DNA of 64,000 nt from Paramoeba atlantica (lineage: Eukaryota; Protista; Discosea). The stretch is from assembly GCA_977017575.1 (NCBI GenBank), contig CDRNVI010000032.1, positions 186,001 through 250,000 of the forward strand, read 5' to 3'. The notes beneath the pieces were generated by a model. The model saw nothing but the letters and a program-made list of their open reading frames with translations, had not been told where the DNA came from and made no database searches. The position numbers and the translations under genes were made by a program. Positions 1-9,479 of this stretch are shown in pieces. Positions within the stretch are counted from its first letter, which is position 1; every line of letters starts with the position of its first letter.

Positions 1-108
1 TGATGAAAATGATCCTTCCGTTCTTAACACGTTATTCAGAAGCCCACTTCACGATAATGATTAAAGATCAGTACAGAGATCTCTTTTGTTAAGAAATTTT
101 CTCTTCTA

Positions 109-3100
109 CTAGTTTTCAAAAAAGCAGATGCTCGGCTTCGAAGTACGACACTTTTGCGCTGTAGCGAAATGTACATTATCATTTTCTACCACATCACGAT
201 CGACAATATCAATGTGCGATACTGAGGTAAATTCCGCCAAAAATCCACGCTGTTCTAGTAGGGTTGCGTAATCGTTTACCGCAGGACAAAGCTTCTCTAC
301 TTCATGTAAAATACTATTATCCCTAACATACGCTAGGAACGAGAGTGCATCTGCTACGTACTTAGATGTTTCGGCATGGTTTTTAAGGGGACTGGCATAT
401 AGTTTTGCGACATCTCCATCAACAGCAAAAATTCCCTGTGTAACACCTTTTTCCTTTGATACTACAGTAAGAGCATGCCGCTGCCAGGAAGTGTAACACG
501 AGGAAGCGAATATACGAACGGCATTGATTTTTGGACGCTTCTTTACCGCTTTCACTAAATTGCCTCGAATATCACACAAAGTATCCTGCAGTAGTTTCTG
601 TGTCAGTTGCAACGCCAGACTGACTTTGGGGGCATCGGGCCATTGTACTCCAAAAGACTGAATTGATGGGAGCTTCCCGGGATATACCTCAACACAGTTT
701 TGGTATATATGCTCTGCCGTATGGGGGGCTATAGGGCATAATAGTTTGGCCTGAACTTCCACATATCTGCGAGCAATGTCATGATGAAGTCCCTCAGCTC
801 CGCAGTATAATTTCCATTCATCACGTGCGTTCGTCAGATCAAAAAACATGCAATGTAACACGTTTCGAAACTGCATATTCGTATACGCCTTCTCACATTC
901 TACTATCGAGTGCGATATGTGATTGTCAAATATTTTATCAAAAAGGTTCCTTTTGCCGTCGCGCATCTTCTGCCTGGAACTGACAAAGTCCTCACAGAAA
1001 TCGATAATCTGGCCCAATTTCGAAATTATAGAAGGTAAATTGTTGGTAACAAAGTTAGGATCATCCAACGAATCACCCGCGTCGGCCAAAGCCAGTCGCG
1101 CAGCATCAGAAGTGTACTGATCAACAGTTTCCTTTAGGGTCCTAAAGTTACCTTTTGATTTGCTCATCTTTTCTTTGTTGACAAGGATGTGACCGTTACA
1201 ATAATATGCCCGAGGCCATAACTCTGGTTTGGTGGGCCAGACAGCGGCGTGATTATAAAGGCACATAGTTAAGTGATTCTGAATTAAATCTTTACCACTG
1301 ACTCGCAAATCTACAGGATACCAGTAAAGAAATTCTCTTCTCATGCGACGTAGGAGTGAACTTGGAATTCCACATTCAACAGGCTCGAATTCTCCAAAGA
1401 AAATGTAATTCCATACCTCGTTCGTCATGGACGACGCCTCAATGCCATAATCTGGAGAAGGACGTGATCCATCAATGTTATCCTCCCCATGCAACAAGTG
1501 GCATATGGTATAATACGCCATATAAATAGTGCTGTCCGAAAGAGAATCCACGAGATACTTCTCAGCCCCCGCGTACGGCAGTCGCGAGCCCAGACCAAAA
1601 GTTCGGCTACACGCCCAATCTCCCAACCACGACAGCGTCTCACAGAGACCATTTCGCACTGCGGGGCTGTAACATTCCATTGTTTGCGCGACATGGCGTT
1701 CTACAGCTTCTCTCCAACTCTCCTCCCCGTACCGGAGATACCACTGGTCGACCAGCGCCACCACGCATTCGTCTCCACTACGGGAGATGACCAACCCGTC
1801 GGGCTCGGAGTACGCAAGTGCCTGGCCACTTTCTGTCATCTCTTTCTTCGCCAGCATTTTAGCCGCGCTCACCGGTTTGCCACAGTACGGGCCTGTGATC
1901 ATAACCCCTCGATAGAAACCTTCACGATAGGTCATTTGCTTCGCGGCTAAAAGCTTCTCCGCGTCTTTTGGTCCACTGACTTGGTGGATAGCGCACGCCA
2001 CCTCTGCTGAGTTTTCTCCAAGTTCGCTGTTCGGAACCTGGATAATCGCCACGGGGTTGAAATTCATAATCCACTCATCGTTAAGTCCAAGCTTAAATCG
2101 ATAATCCGGCTTTCGTTTCAGCGCTTGTAGATTAATAAAGTCATCAGGACTGTCGGAGGGCACAGACACCACGATTGCGGTTCCCTTGGATTCGGAAATG
2201 GTGTCCATCGGCAGCGCGTACACGGACGCATATGGTCCCATGGGTGTTAGCAGTCGTGTGCCCACGAGATCCTGTCCGGAGACTTCAAAAAGAGAATCTG
2301 ATCCCACGCCTTGCATTTGATAACGCAGGTTTCTTGCGCTGCGCTTTGTCATAATAAAAATTTCGTTTTGGACAAGATACGCGCTGTAGTTTATGCTTGG
2401 GGATACCCAACAATTCGTAAGCCCAGGCATTGTTTCAGGGCGAAGTGTGGCTGCAGGAAAAATGACGGAGCGAAAGCCAATGAGCGCTGCAAAACGAGAA
2501 ATCGCTGGATGCGAAGAGGGATCGGCAACTTGAAGCTTTATTAAGGTGTATTCTTGAGGAAGAACTCCTTCTCCTGAGGCACGATCGTGATCTTGGCACG
2601 GCTGTTCGTCAAGGGGTGAAAATACGGTATAGCGCTTACCGAAGGCTATTTTTTTGCCTCTTTTTAGTATGTCGAATTGCCAACGAACAAAACCGTCATA
2701 GTAAGGGTTCAAACTCGTTGTGATAAATGAACGGCGGTAGTCAATGCGAGCACCAAATGCCTTGAGATCTTCAAGAGCCCGTGGAGGAAAGACTTTTAGC
2801 CAATGTTCTGGGTCTCTAAATTCAGAAATATTATCGCACTTCATCTCCTCCAGGATAGTCCACTGTGGCTTCGCCGCAGGACCTTTTTTTCCTTTCTTAC
2901 TTTTGAATGCAACGATCTCGGAGCCAGATAGGGGTTTCGAATCCGCTTTCTCCACTGTCTCTTCACTCGGAAATATCGGAGGATTGCCAAATTTTTCAAT
3001 TTCATTTTCAAGTTTCTTTGCGCAGGCAGCAATGGGCATTCCTGTGGCATGAAGACCAAATGGCCATAATACGTGCTTGCCTTTCATGCGAGCAAAACCG

Positions 3101-3324
3101 GCCGCGAACTCTGACTTAGATAAGGAGAAAGCGTGTCCCAAATGAAGCAAACCATTCATATACGGATAAGGAAATGTCACAAAATACTTGTTTTCGTTCT
3201 TCTCGAAGTTCGATGGGGCGTCTGCTTCGAAGACTTTTTCTTTCGACCAGAGTTCTTGAGATGCCTTTTCAATGGAACGCAATTTCTCTACGCGCGTACT
3301 CGATATACTGGATGCGCCTTTCAT
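109..3324 (-). CDS. LARS1: Leucyl-tRNA synthetase, cytosolic (eukaryotic) type
   Basis: FPYPYMNGLLHLGH (HIGH motif), KMSKSKGNF (KMSKS), editing-domain motifs ATLRPET and VSVPSDSPDD, DLRVSGKDLIQNHL. The ORF-track start at 3345 is TTG; the first ATG is at 3324. Confidence 0.97.
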   Translation of the reverse strand: MKGASSISSTRVEKLRSIEKASQELWSKEKVFEADAPSNFEKNENKYFVTFPYPYMNGLLHLGHAFSLSKSEFAAGFARMKGKHVLWPFGLHATGMPIAACAKKLENEIEKFGNPPIFPSEETVEKADSKPLSGSEIVAFKSKKGKKGPAAKPQWTILEEMKCDNISEFRDPEHWLKVFPPRALEDLKAFGARIDYRRSFITTSLNPYYDGFVRWQFDILKRGKKIAFGKRYTVFSPLDEQPCQDHDRASGEGVLPQEYTLIKLQVADPSSHPAISRFAALIGFRSVIFPAATLRPETMPGLTNCWVSPSINYSAYLVQNEIFIMTKRSARNLRYQMQGVGSDSLFEVSGQDLVGTRLLTPMGPYASVYALPMDTISESKGTAIVVSVPSDSPDDFINLQALKRKPDYRFKLGLNDEWIMNFNPVAIIQVPNSELGENSAEVACAIHQVSGPKDAEKLLAAKQMTYREGFYRGVMITGPYCGKPVSAAKMLAKKEMTESGQALAYSEPDGLVISRSGDECVVALVDQWYLRYGEESWREAVERHVAQTMECYSPAVRNGLCETLSWLGDWACSRTFGLGSRLPYAGAEKYLVDSLSDSTIYMAYYTICHLLHGEDNIDGSRPSPDYGIEASSMTNEVWNYIFFGEFEPVECGIPSSLLRRMRREFLYWYPVDLRVSGKDLIQNHLTMCLYNHAAVWPTKPELWPRAYYCNGHILVNKEKMSKSKGNFRTLKETVDQYTSDAARLALADAGDSLDDPNFVTNNLPSIISKLGQIIDFCEDFVSSRQKMRDGKRNLFDKIFDNHISHSIVECEKAYTNMQFRNVLHCMFFDLTNARDEWKLYCGAEGLHHDIARRYVEVQAKLLCPIAPHTAEHIYQNCVEVYPGKLPSIQSFGVQWPDAPKVSLALQLTQKLLQDTLCDIRGNLVKAVKKRPKINAVRIFASSCYTSWQRHALTVVSKEKGVTQGIFAVDGDVAKLYASPLKNHAETSKYVADALSFLAYVRDNSILHEVEKLCPAVNDYATLLEQRGFLAEFTSVSHIDIVDRDVVENDNVHFATAQKCRTSKPSICFFEN

Positions 3325-3501
3325 TAATATTGTATGTCGACGCAAAATGAATAACCCGGATACAAAAGTGGCTATAAAGCGATATAAAACGATAATAAGC
3401 GATATAAAACCTTTTTATCATTACTATTTCGTACTCTTATTTATTATGGCTCAAAGTATTATGGCAAAGTAGGCTCAACTCTATTGATAGATGTAGATAT
3501 A

Positions 3502-3678
3502 CGGTCCCCCCTGTTTAAGCGCACCTCGTTTGCCGTGAAAAGTGCGCTTCAACGAGGGGGTCTGAATCAGTACATAAAAAAACATTGGCGCCGCTTAGCG
3601 GCGCCGGAGACTTCACCTCAACTCTATGTGCGCTTAAACGGGGGGTCTGACCGGGTGCGCTTAAGGGGAGGGGGACAG
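3502..3678. mobile_element. 177-bp TA-flanked MITE (Tc1/mariner/pogo-like, non-autonomous)
   Basis: TA|CGGTCCCCCCTGTTTAAGCGCACC ... GGTGCGCTTAAGGGGAGGGGGACAG|TA. The imperfect TIRs share C.GTCCCCC and TTAAGCGCACC. There are two internal GTGCGCTT..GGGGTCTGA repeats and a central GGCGCCGC-TTA-GCGGCGCC hairpin. Confidence 0.75.
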
Positions 3679-3997
3679 TACCAATAAACCATGTACAATT
3701 GCCGATAATAAATAATGTATATACAAAAATATTTGTACTGGTACTTGTACCGTGCAACTCGCAGGAAACATACGAGTAGATTAATGCCAACTATGTACAT
3801 GCACATAATGCGTTTCAGCAGGAATGTAAATATTTGGTCAAGTTTTGAGACCAATTTCGCTTACCTATTCTTCGACAAGACTGATATTTAATGCGCAGGA
3901 AATTGATGAAAGATCGCTTTTCAAAAAGTCGGCAAACGAAGAAAATATGGTTTAAGATAATTGCAAAGACGTTTTGAACGAAGTTTTAAAAGCCATG

Positions 3998-5404
3998 TTA
4001 CCACTCGACGTCTCCAATAAGTAGAGAAATTAGCTCGACGATCTTTGACCCCGTAAAGTACAAAACTGTTATGACAATTAAGAGAAATGCCAGTGAAAGT
4101 TCCCAGAGCTCTCTCCTTATCCATGTGGACAAAGAAAGATATCTTCGAAAAATGTCTCCGAAAGTACTTGAATAATTCTCATTTTTCGTTTTTCTTACCT
4201 TTCGCGTCGCTGGTGCTGCAAAATTCTTTTTCTCGCAAGGAATTTCGGGCATAAAAATTCGTTTATTTCCTGTCGCCGAATTCGTAGATTCTGTAGGAGC
4301 AGAGCAATTCCCCTTAGTTCGCCTCTTTTCACATGGTATTTGAGGAGGAACTGTTTTCACAATATTTATAACATCCGCTTGCCCTGATTCTCTATGAAGT
4401 TCCGAGTTCTCCTTTATTGAAGACAACTTCGAGTTTTTATTTTGCATGAATGATGCGGCGAGCTCGCTGCGCGCAGTAGAATGCACCTTAGCGACGGAGT
4501 CCGATTCTTCCCTATTACCTCTTAGAAGAGATTCTATACGAAAGCCTTTCTTCCAAATTTTTTCATCCGCCTGGATTTTATCTGCATGCATTCTAGAATT
4601 CTTATCGTAAAATTTATCGACATTACCAGGGTCATGTGGTGACGCAGCATAAGTTGAGCCTTTCACAAAAAAACTCTTCTCTACGAGATTTGTTTTTGAT
4701 TCTCCGACGGCCCAATAATTTTGATATTTTAGATCCAAGTTTGAGGTAAAATCACGTTTGTCAGATGCCTTTCTTTCCAACAAAGATTTTTCATGTCTTC
4801 CTTGCAACTGTTCAAAGTGAGTGCTCGCAAGCGTGAAATCGCTGAGCCAACCGCATACCGCACGCGAATTTTCAAAAGGAAAGCGAGAGCCGACTAGGAG
4901 TTCCGTTTTTGTGTGGCCAAAGCGAAGACCACAAGCATGCTCGATTCCCAGTGACGGCAATGTGGCATCTCCCACAACGCAAAGAAAGAGACGAACCCGA
5001 ATTTTGTGGCGCAATAGGGGATCTGACACTTGGTCGCCTATAATGAACTTTCCCAAAAAGAGGTCATCTGCATAGTTTGCTGTACTGCCTTCCTCTGATC
5101 CTTCATAGGTTTGTTCACAAAAATTGAGCATCCGTTTTCCAAAATCTTTGTATGAACACATCCAAGACCACATCAGCGTGTAACTGCAACCCTTTTCGTG
5201 AGACATTTCTTTAATTGCAGAGGCAACATCACGCATCGTTGATATAGGAAAGATGCCATTGATATCTGAAGGTGAGTTTTGCGGGAATGACGGTATGTAA
5301 TTTTTATACAGGATCCAATTTTTTGACAAGCTGTATGAACAGTCTTCATCCATCGACCACAGCAAGAAAAAGTCAAATGAAATTGCAAGAATTCTAGACT
5401 GCAT
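3998..5404 (-). CDS. Hypothetical protein with C-terminal transmembrane segment (tail-anchored-like)
   Basis: 468-aa ORF on the cluster strand. It has a globular-looking N-terminal half, a low-complexity middle and a hydrophobic C-terminus (LSLAFLLIVITVLYFTG). The start could be 5353 (MDEDCS). Confidence 0.7.
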   Translation of the reverse strand: MQSRILAISFDFFLLWSMDEDCSYSLSKNWILYKNYIPSFPQNSPSDINGIFPISTMRDVASAIKEMSHEKGCSYTLMWSWMCSYKDFGKRMLNFCEQTYEGSEEGSTANYADDLFLGKFIIGDQVSDPLLRHKIRVRLFLCVVGDATLPSLGIEHACGLRFGHTKTELLVGSRFPFENSRAVCGWLSDFTLASTHFEQLQGRHEKSLLERKASDKRDFTSNLDLKYQNYWAVGESKTNLVEKSFFVKGSTYAASPHDPGNVDKFYDKNSRMHADKIQADEKIWKKGFRIESLLRGNREESDSVAKVHSTARSELAASFMQNKNSKLSSIKENSELHRESGQADVINIVKTVPPQIPCEKRRTKGNCSAPTESTNSATGNKRIFMPEIPCEKKNFAAPATRKVRKTKNENYSSTFGDIFRRYLSLSTWIRRELWELSLAFLLIVITVLYFTGSKIVELISLLIGDVEW

Positions 5405-5539
5405 ACGAAAATAGTGCGATCATCAGAGGAACAACACTATAGGTGTTGTAACATCCATTACTTCTATTAAATTGTTCCCATGATCTAATACAGAATTCAT
5501 TGAAACAATGCCTCAATACCCGTACAGTGGTATGTATAC

Positions 5540-5568
5540 ATACCGGGGTAGGTATAATACCCCGGTAT
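5540..5568. repeat. Perfect 11-bp-arm inverted repeat
   Basis: ATACCGGGGTA-GGTATAA-TACCCCGGTAT, preceded by the palindrome TATGTATACATA and a TA-CAGTGG (Tc1-like end) at about 5523. Probably a MITE remnant. Confidence 0.45.
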
Positions 5569-5859
5569 ACCAATGTATGTAGCCGGACTTCCATATGGCG
5601 GAGATACACGATATGTAAGAAAAATACCGTACCAGTGTTGAGCGATTACTAGCGAAGGGGAGAAGCGGGAGACCCTATTCGTAAAATAGCTTAAAAACAA
5701 TCCCAAACGTTCCCCATCATCTTCCACACGATTCAGCGAAACGCTAAAACTTCCGATTTGGTATTAGAGCGATCATGAAGCTGCAATGGGGTAGTGGGCG
5801 AAAGTTTTAACACCGTTTCGCTTCCAGCTAAAGTTATAAATAGTAGGCGCAATGTTTAT

Positions 5860-6369
5860 TCAACATCGTCTCGTAAAATGATTATTTCTATTCGTGGTTT
5901 TGAGTTGTACTGTCCTTCTCAAAAGTTTGCTGGTGTGTGCGAATGGGTAGTGGGGAAGTCGCGCAAAATCCACATCATCCGTACTGGTGTCAACCTGCGA
6001 CCATGTGGGAGGCGTCCCGCATTCATTCATTCTCGCCATGTGTTTAGAGAGGGACTGTTGCAAGAAGAGAAGTGAGTCATTCTCTTCCCTTTCTTCGGCT
6101 ACACTTGTGGTTTCAACCTCTTCCGTCTGATCCACATTTCCATTTGATACACAGACATTATCCTCCGGTGCATGTTGATACACTGTTGAAGCCCATTCAG
6201 CAACAAGGGAAAAGTATTTCCTTAGATTTGTTGAAGATTTGTTCGAAAAATGCGGGGTGTGGCTTGAAGGACTCGTATCTCGTGCTTTGCGTTGCGCAGG
6301 GGGTCGAAACCCATGAGAAGAGCGATATCCCTGCGCAACCACAGACGGTGTTTCTTTGCTAAGACACAT
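5860..6369 (-). CDS. Hypothetical protein (169 aa)
   Basis: ATG-started ORF on the cluster strand filling the gap between genes. No recognised motif. Confidence 0.5.
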   Translation of the reverse strand: MCLSKETPSVVAQGYRSSHGFRPPAQRKARDTSPSSHTPHFSNKSSTNLRKYFSLVAEWASTVYQHAPEDNVCVSNGNVDQTEEVETTSVAEEREENDSLLFLQQSLSKHMARMNECGTPPTWSQVDTSTDDVDFARLPHYPFAHTSKLLRRTVQLKTTNRNNHFTRRC

Positions 6370-6689
6370 TTTCTGTTCTATACGGCACTAGGTCATTAGA
6401 AATCAAAGCAGTAAGAATAAAAGAAGACGGAATTCTATTTTAAATATTTATATTTTAATTAAATGTAATCTGTACTTAAACTAAAGAAATTACGTAAGAC
6501 TACCGAGCAAAAAATCTCTCCCCATAGCCGAGAAAGGCATGTGAAAAAAATTTAATACGCACTTAACAGCGCATCATTGATCGCCTCAAACAACTATAAA
6601 AAACTACACCTTTCGCTAATCTGAGCACAACTAATCTAAATGTTGATTACCCAAAAGCATCAAACACACAGCACATACCATACACGTAT

Positions 6690-7440
6690 CTGTATATACA
6701 ATCCCACCCTTCTACCCCCCCCCCCCCCACCCCCTTTTCTCAGCCACTCTTTTGTTTCTTCGGCGTCTTATTCTTCTTCAGCAGCATCCGGTGCAGCTGC
6801 GGCACCACCCCCCCGCCACGAATCGTCCCCCGCACCACCGCGTCCAGCTCCTCATCCCCGCGCACCGCGAGGAGGATATGCCGCGGGGTGATCCGTTTCG
6901 CCTTTAGATCCATACACGCGTTGCCGGCGAGTTCCAGCACCTCCGCGGTGAGGTACTCCACCAGCGCCGCGGTGTAGATCGCCGCACTGGTCCCACAGCG
7001 CTGGTGACGGAGCAAGTCCTGTTTTAGTCGACGGTGGATGCGGCCGACGGGGAACTGCAGCCCCGCCCGAGCGGAGCGTGACAGCGGGGGCTTGCGGACC
7101 TTCCCGCTGGTCTTGCCGGCGGATTTCCCGGTCTTGGCTTTGCCGCCCTTGCCGCGGGTTTTGGCCGCGACTTTGGCGCCGGTGGTGGTGGTGGTGCCGG
7201 GTAATGCGGGGGGGAGGGTGGGGGAGGAGGGGGGTGAGTTATCGCGGAGGGGAGAGGGGGAGGGTTCGGGGGAGAGGCCGAGGGATTCGGAGGCCATGGG
7301 GGAGGGAGAAGAAGGAGAGAAGGAAAAGAAAGAGGGAGAGGGAGAGAGAAATAAAGAAAATAACTACGGAAGGAGAGTAAATGAGGAATTATAAGAATTG
7401 GTAGGGTGAGGATGGTGAGTACAAGGAGATGGACAGGAAG
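6690..7440. other. GC-rich island with C-to-G skew flip (island 1)
   Basis: On the + strand, C-runs at 6705-6860 give way to G/purine runs at 7195-7440. Confidence 0.75.
6740..7297 (-). CDS. H2AZ: Histone H2A.Z (H2A variant) with long N-terminal tail
   Basis: [62 protein letters not shown] and [12 protein letters not shown] are H2A.Z-type signatures (RIHR, GDEELD). Long Lys/Gly-rich N-tail as in kinetoplastids. Confidence 0.95.
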   Translation of the reverse strand: MASESLGLSPEPSPSPLRDNSPPSSPTLPPALPGTTTTTGAKVAAKTRGKGGKAKTGKSAGKTSGKVRKPPLSRSARAGLQFPVGRIHRRLKQDLLRHQRCGTSAAIYTAALVEYLTAEVLELAGNACMDLKAKRITPRHILLAVRGDEELDAVVRGTIRGGGVVPQLHRMLLKKNKTPKKQKSG

Positions 7441-7690
7441 CATCACATCGCGAGAAAATATTCCTAGTTAGAGAGGTGAAACTTAAAAAAACGACACCTG
7501 AACGAAACGGGGCGAACTGACTCAATCCCATTGAAATCAATGGCGATTTCTAATTGTCGGTTTTTCAAGGATGGTTCCCAGCTTTTTCGGGGAGCCATGC
7601 ACCATGGTGGCCCCCCTTTAAGACCACTAGGCGTTACTCTGCCCCAGGACAACGAGACAGTGCCTAGAAGCACACATGACAGAAAAATGA

Positions 7691-8119
7691 TGCCTGGGCG
7701 AAATACTAGACTGCACTTATTTTTCCGTTATCGGAATAGCCACTACCACATTGGACGAAAAAGTGACTGTAGAGTTTAAAAAGAACGACTTGGACGAGGA
7801 ACTAGAAATTGGCTGCGGGTTTTCTTATTCGATTCACAAAGTTCAAGGGGCTGCTGTCCTGGGAAATTTGTGCGTTGATCTTAATCAACGCCCATAAACT
7901 TATCACAGATGTATGCTGACTCACGCTTCCGTTTACGTTGCTCTTTCGAGAGTAAAGTCAGGACAGCAGATATGGTTGTTCCATAACTTTCCAAAGAAAT
8001 GCGAACAAGACTCCTTGAAGGAGTCTTGTAAAACCGAAAAGGCATACTCAGGCCAATCCTTCAGGCTAATAAGATTGGTATGCCTTTTTGGTTTGACTAG
8101 CATTTTGTGTTGTGCATGA
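7691..8119 (+). pseudogene. Pif1/RecD-like (SF1B) helicase C-terminal relic, Helitron-like
   Basis: One frame reads GFSYSIHKVQGAAVLGNLCVDLNQRP*TYHRCMLTHASVYVALSRVKS, corresponding to helicase motifs V (T.HK.QG) and VI (YVALSRV). In-frame TAA at 7895-7897. It lies antisense to the gene cluster. Confidence 0.75.
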
Positions 8120-8290
8120 TTCTTCCGAATAGGGAAGCATTACCTAGGTGTCCACGACAGCGCTGTAAAGTTGTGGGTAAAACGCTTCGAGGAAACCGGA
8201 GATATTGAGCGTGCTACGCCCTTCTCGAAGCGTGCCGTGAAATTATCGACACGGTCAAATATGACAGCTTCGTCACATTGTTTGCTATGA
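8120..8290 (+). pseudogene. IS630/Tc1-like transposase N-terminal helix-turn-helix relic
   Basis: Reads HYLGVHDSAVKLWVKRFEETGDI, which matches the LGVS.STV..WVKRF.ETG HTH pattern of Tc1/IS630 transposases. No DDE domain follows. Confidence 0.55.
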
Positions 8291-9005
8291 CGAGAAAAGT
8301 TCACTTGTCAACTTGGATAGAAAAGCCGTTCTTACATTGGCAGAGCATGACCAGCATAAAGACGAATAAGAAAGACGAATAAACACAGTAACTAGTAGAA
8401 GTAACTAGACTGCGCCAGGCGAGCCGAAGCGAACCGACCCCGAACTTAAACCGAATTTCGCTTCAGTTTAGCCGGTTTCATCCCTCTAAGTTAGGGGAGG
8501 TGACGGTACTTACGCGTTTATGAGGAGACGATATTCTGTTTTAATTAATAGCGAATGTTTCTATTATTGAAATGAATTGGGTGCAAAGTCTTAGGAAGAA
8601 CTGGAGTGTCAATCTCACCATAAAGATCCATGCTTTCAAGAAAAATTCAAGTTTTCAGGAAGACGATCAAACATCACTAAACCAGAGAAAGAGTTGTTAT
8701 CCGTTGTAAAATACATCAGTGAAGACGCGCTACACGGTGGTGCGAAGCGGAGGCCCCTCTTCAAAGGAAAGAAGAGTTTCCGGCCCTAGCGCCAGCCGGA
8801 AACGAACACGCATAAAGTTTTAAGCGTATGCTCGTTTCCGGGAAAGGAAAAGACGAACTAGAGAAAATACACCAAGGTACATAAACTGTATCTTAGTAAA
8901 AAGAACATGGATTCGTGAGATCAAGATTTCCTTCAAATTGGTTGTCACTGAGTCGGTTGAGTCTGAGGGCCTGGTAGATTCGGAGGTCCAGATAATTCCA
9001 GATTA

Positions 9006-9106
9006 CTCCGGACGGTCACTGGCAAGCCAGACCCTTCGCAGACTGATTTGGAAATTCCGAGGCCGACGTCCTCTACCAGTTTCCTCTTGTCCAAGGCGGT
9101 ACCAAC
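9006..9106 (+). repeat. 101-bp dispersed repeat, copy A
   Basis: Manual alignment gives 93/101 identity to the reverse complement of 15804-15904. Confidence 0.9.
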
Positions 9107-9277
9107 GCACTGCTACCAAAACGCTGCGTCGACGAATTGTTCGCCAACACGGCTGCCCAAGAGGTGTAATCCGGGTAAGGGACCTGTTTCCCTGAGGGGA
9201 GGGCCCGGGTCGGTCCTCCGAGTACTGGGCCTAGTCGGCTCTCAGCCCAGCCTCTTAGAGTGAGGCCGCCGGGAATA

Positions 9278-9363
9278 ATGCGATGAGCGGGTTTGAACTC
9301 GCCGTCTGAGCACCATGTGCTTCAAACTTTGAATTCTTGCCACTCCGCCACCTGAATCAGCAT
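9278..9363 (-). other. Degenerate tRNA-like sequence (A/B boxes, long variable-arm hairpin, TCA loop)
   Basis: Minus strand has TGGCGGAGTGG (A-box-like), ATTCAAA loop, AGCAC-ATG-GTGCT hairpin and GCGAG-TTCAAA-CCCGC (T-arm-like, one nt short). The acceptor stem is imperfect. Confidence 0.2.
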
Positions 9364-9404
9364 GGGGTGATAAAATAAAATAAAATTCTGTGCCAGTCAG
9401 TGGT

Positions 9405-9474
9405 CCCAATGCAGGGCCCGAGTGACCCAGCATGGCCCCCAGTGGGCCTTGGTGGCCCCGAGTGGACCCGAAAA
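9405..9474 (+). repeat. GTGGCCCC-type minisatellite, left copy
   Basis: ~10-bp degenerate units. GTGGCCCCGAGTGGACCC at 9452-9469 is identical to 10515-10532. Confidence 0.8.
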
Positions 9475-9479
9475 CCGGC

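Larger units (their letters stand above)
7469..8488. mobile_element. Possible ~1-kb hAT-like non-autonomous element enclosing helicase and HTH relics
   Basis: Left end TAGAGAGGTGAAAC; the reverse complement of the right end is TAGAGGGATGAAAC (12/14 match). AAACG/AACCG-type subterminal motifs occur near both ends. No 8-bp TSD was found. Confidence 0.4.

Noticed and set aside
3325-3345. MRRHTIL extension on LeuRS resembling a kinetoplastid mitochondrial presequence (dual targeting)
   Set aside because: The codon at 3343-3345 is TTG, not ATG; the first ATG is at 3324, so the extension is an ORF-caller artefact.
6640-7446. Several long overlapping or antisense ORFs around H2A.Z (and similarly at 20.7-22.2, 35.9-36.6, 37.4-38.0 and 59.6-60.3 kb)
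   Set aside because: Pro/Gly/Arg-rich shadow frames expected in GC-rich, stop-poor DNA; no protein motifs.
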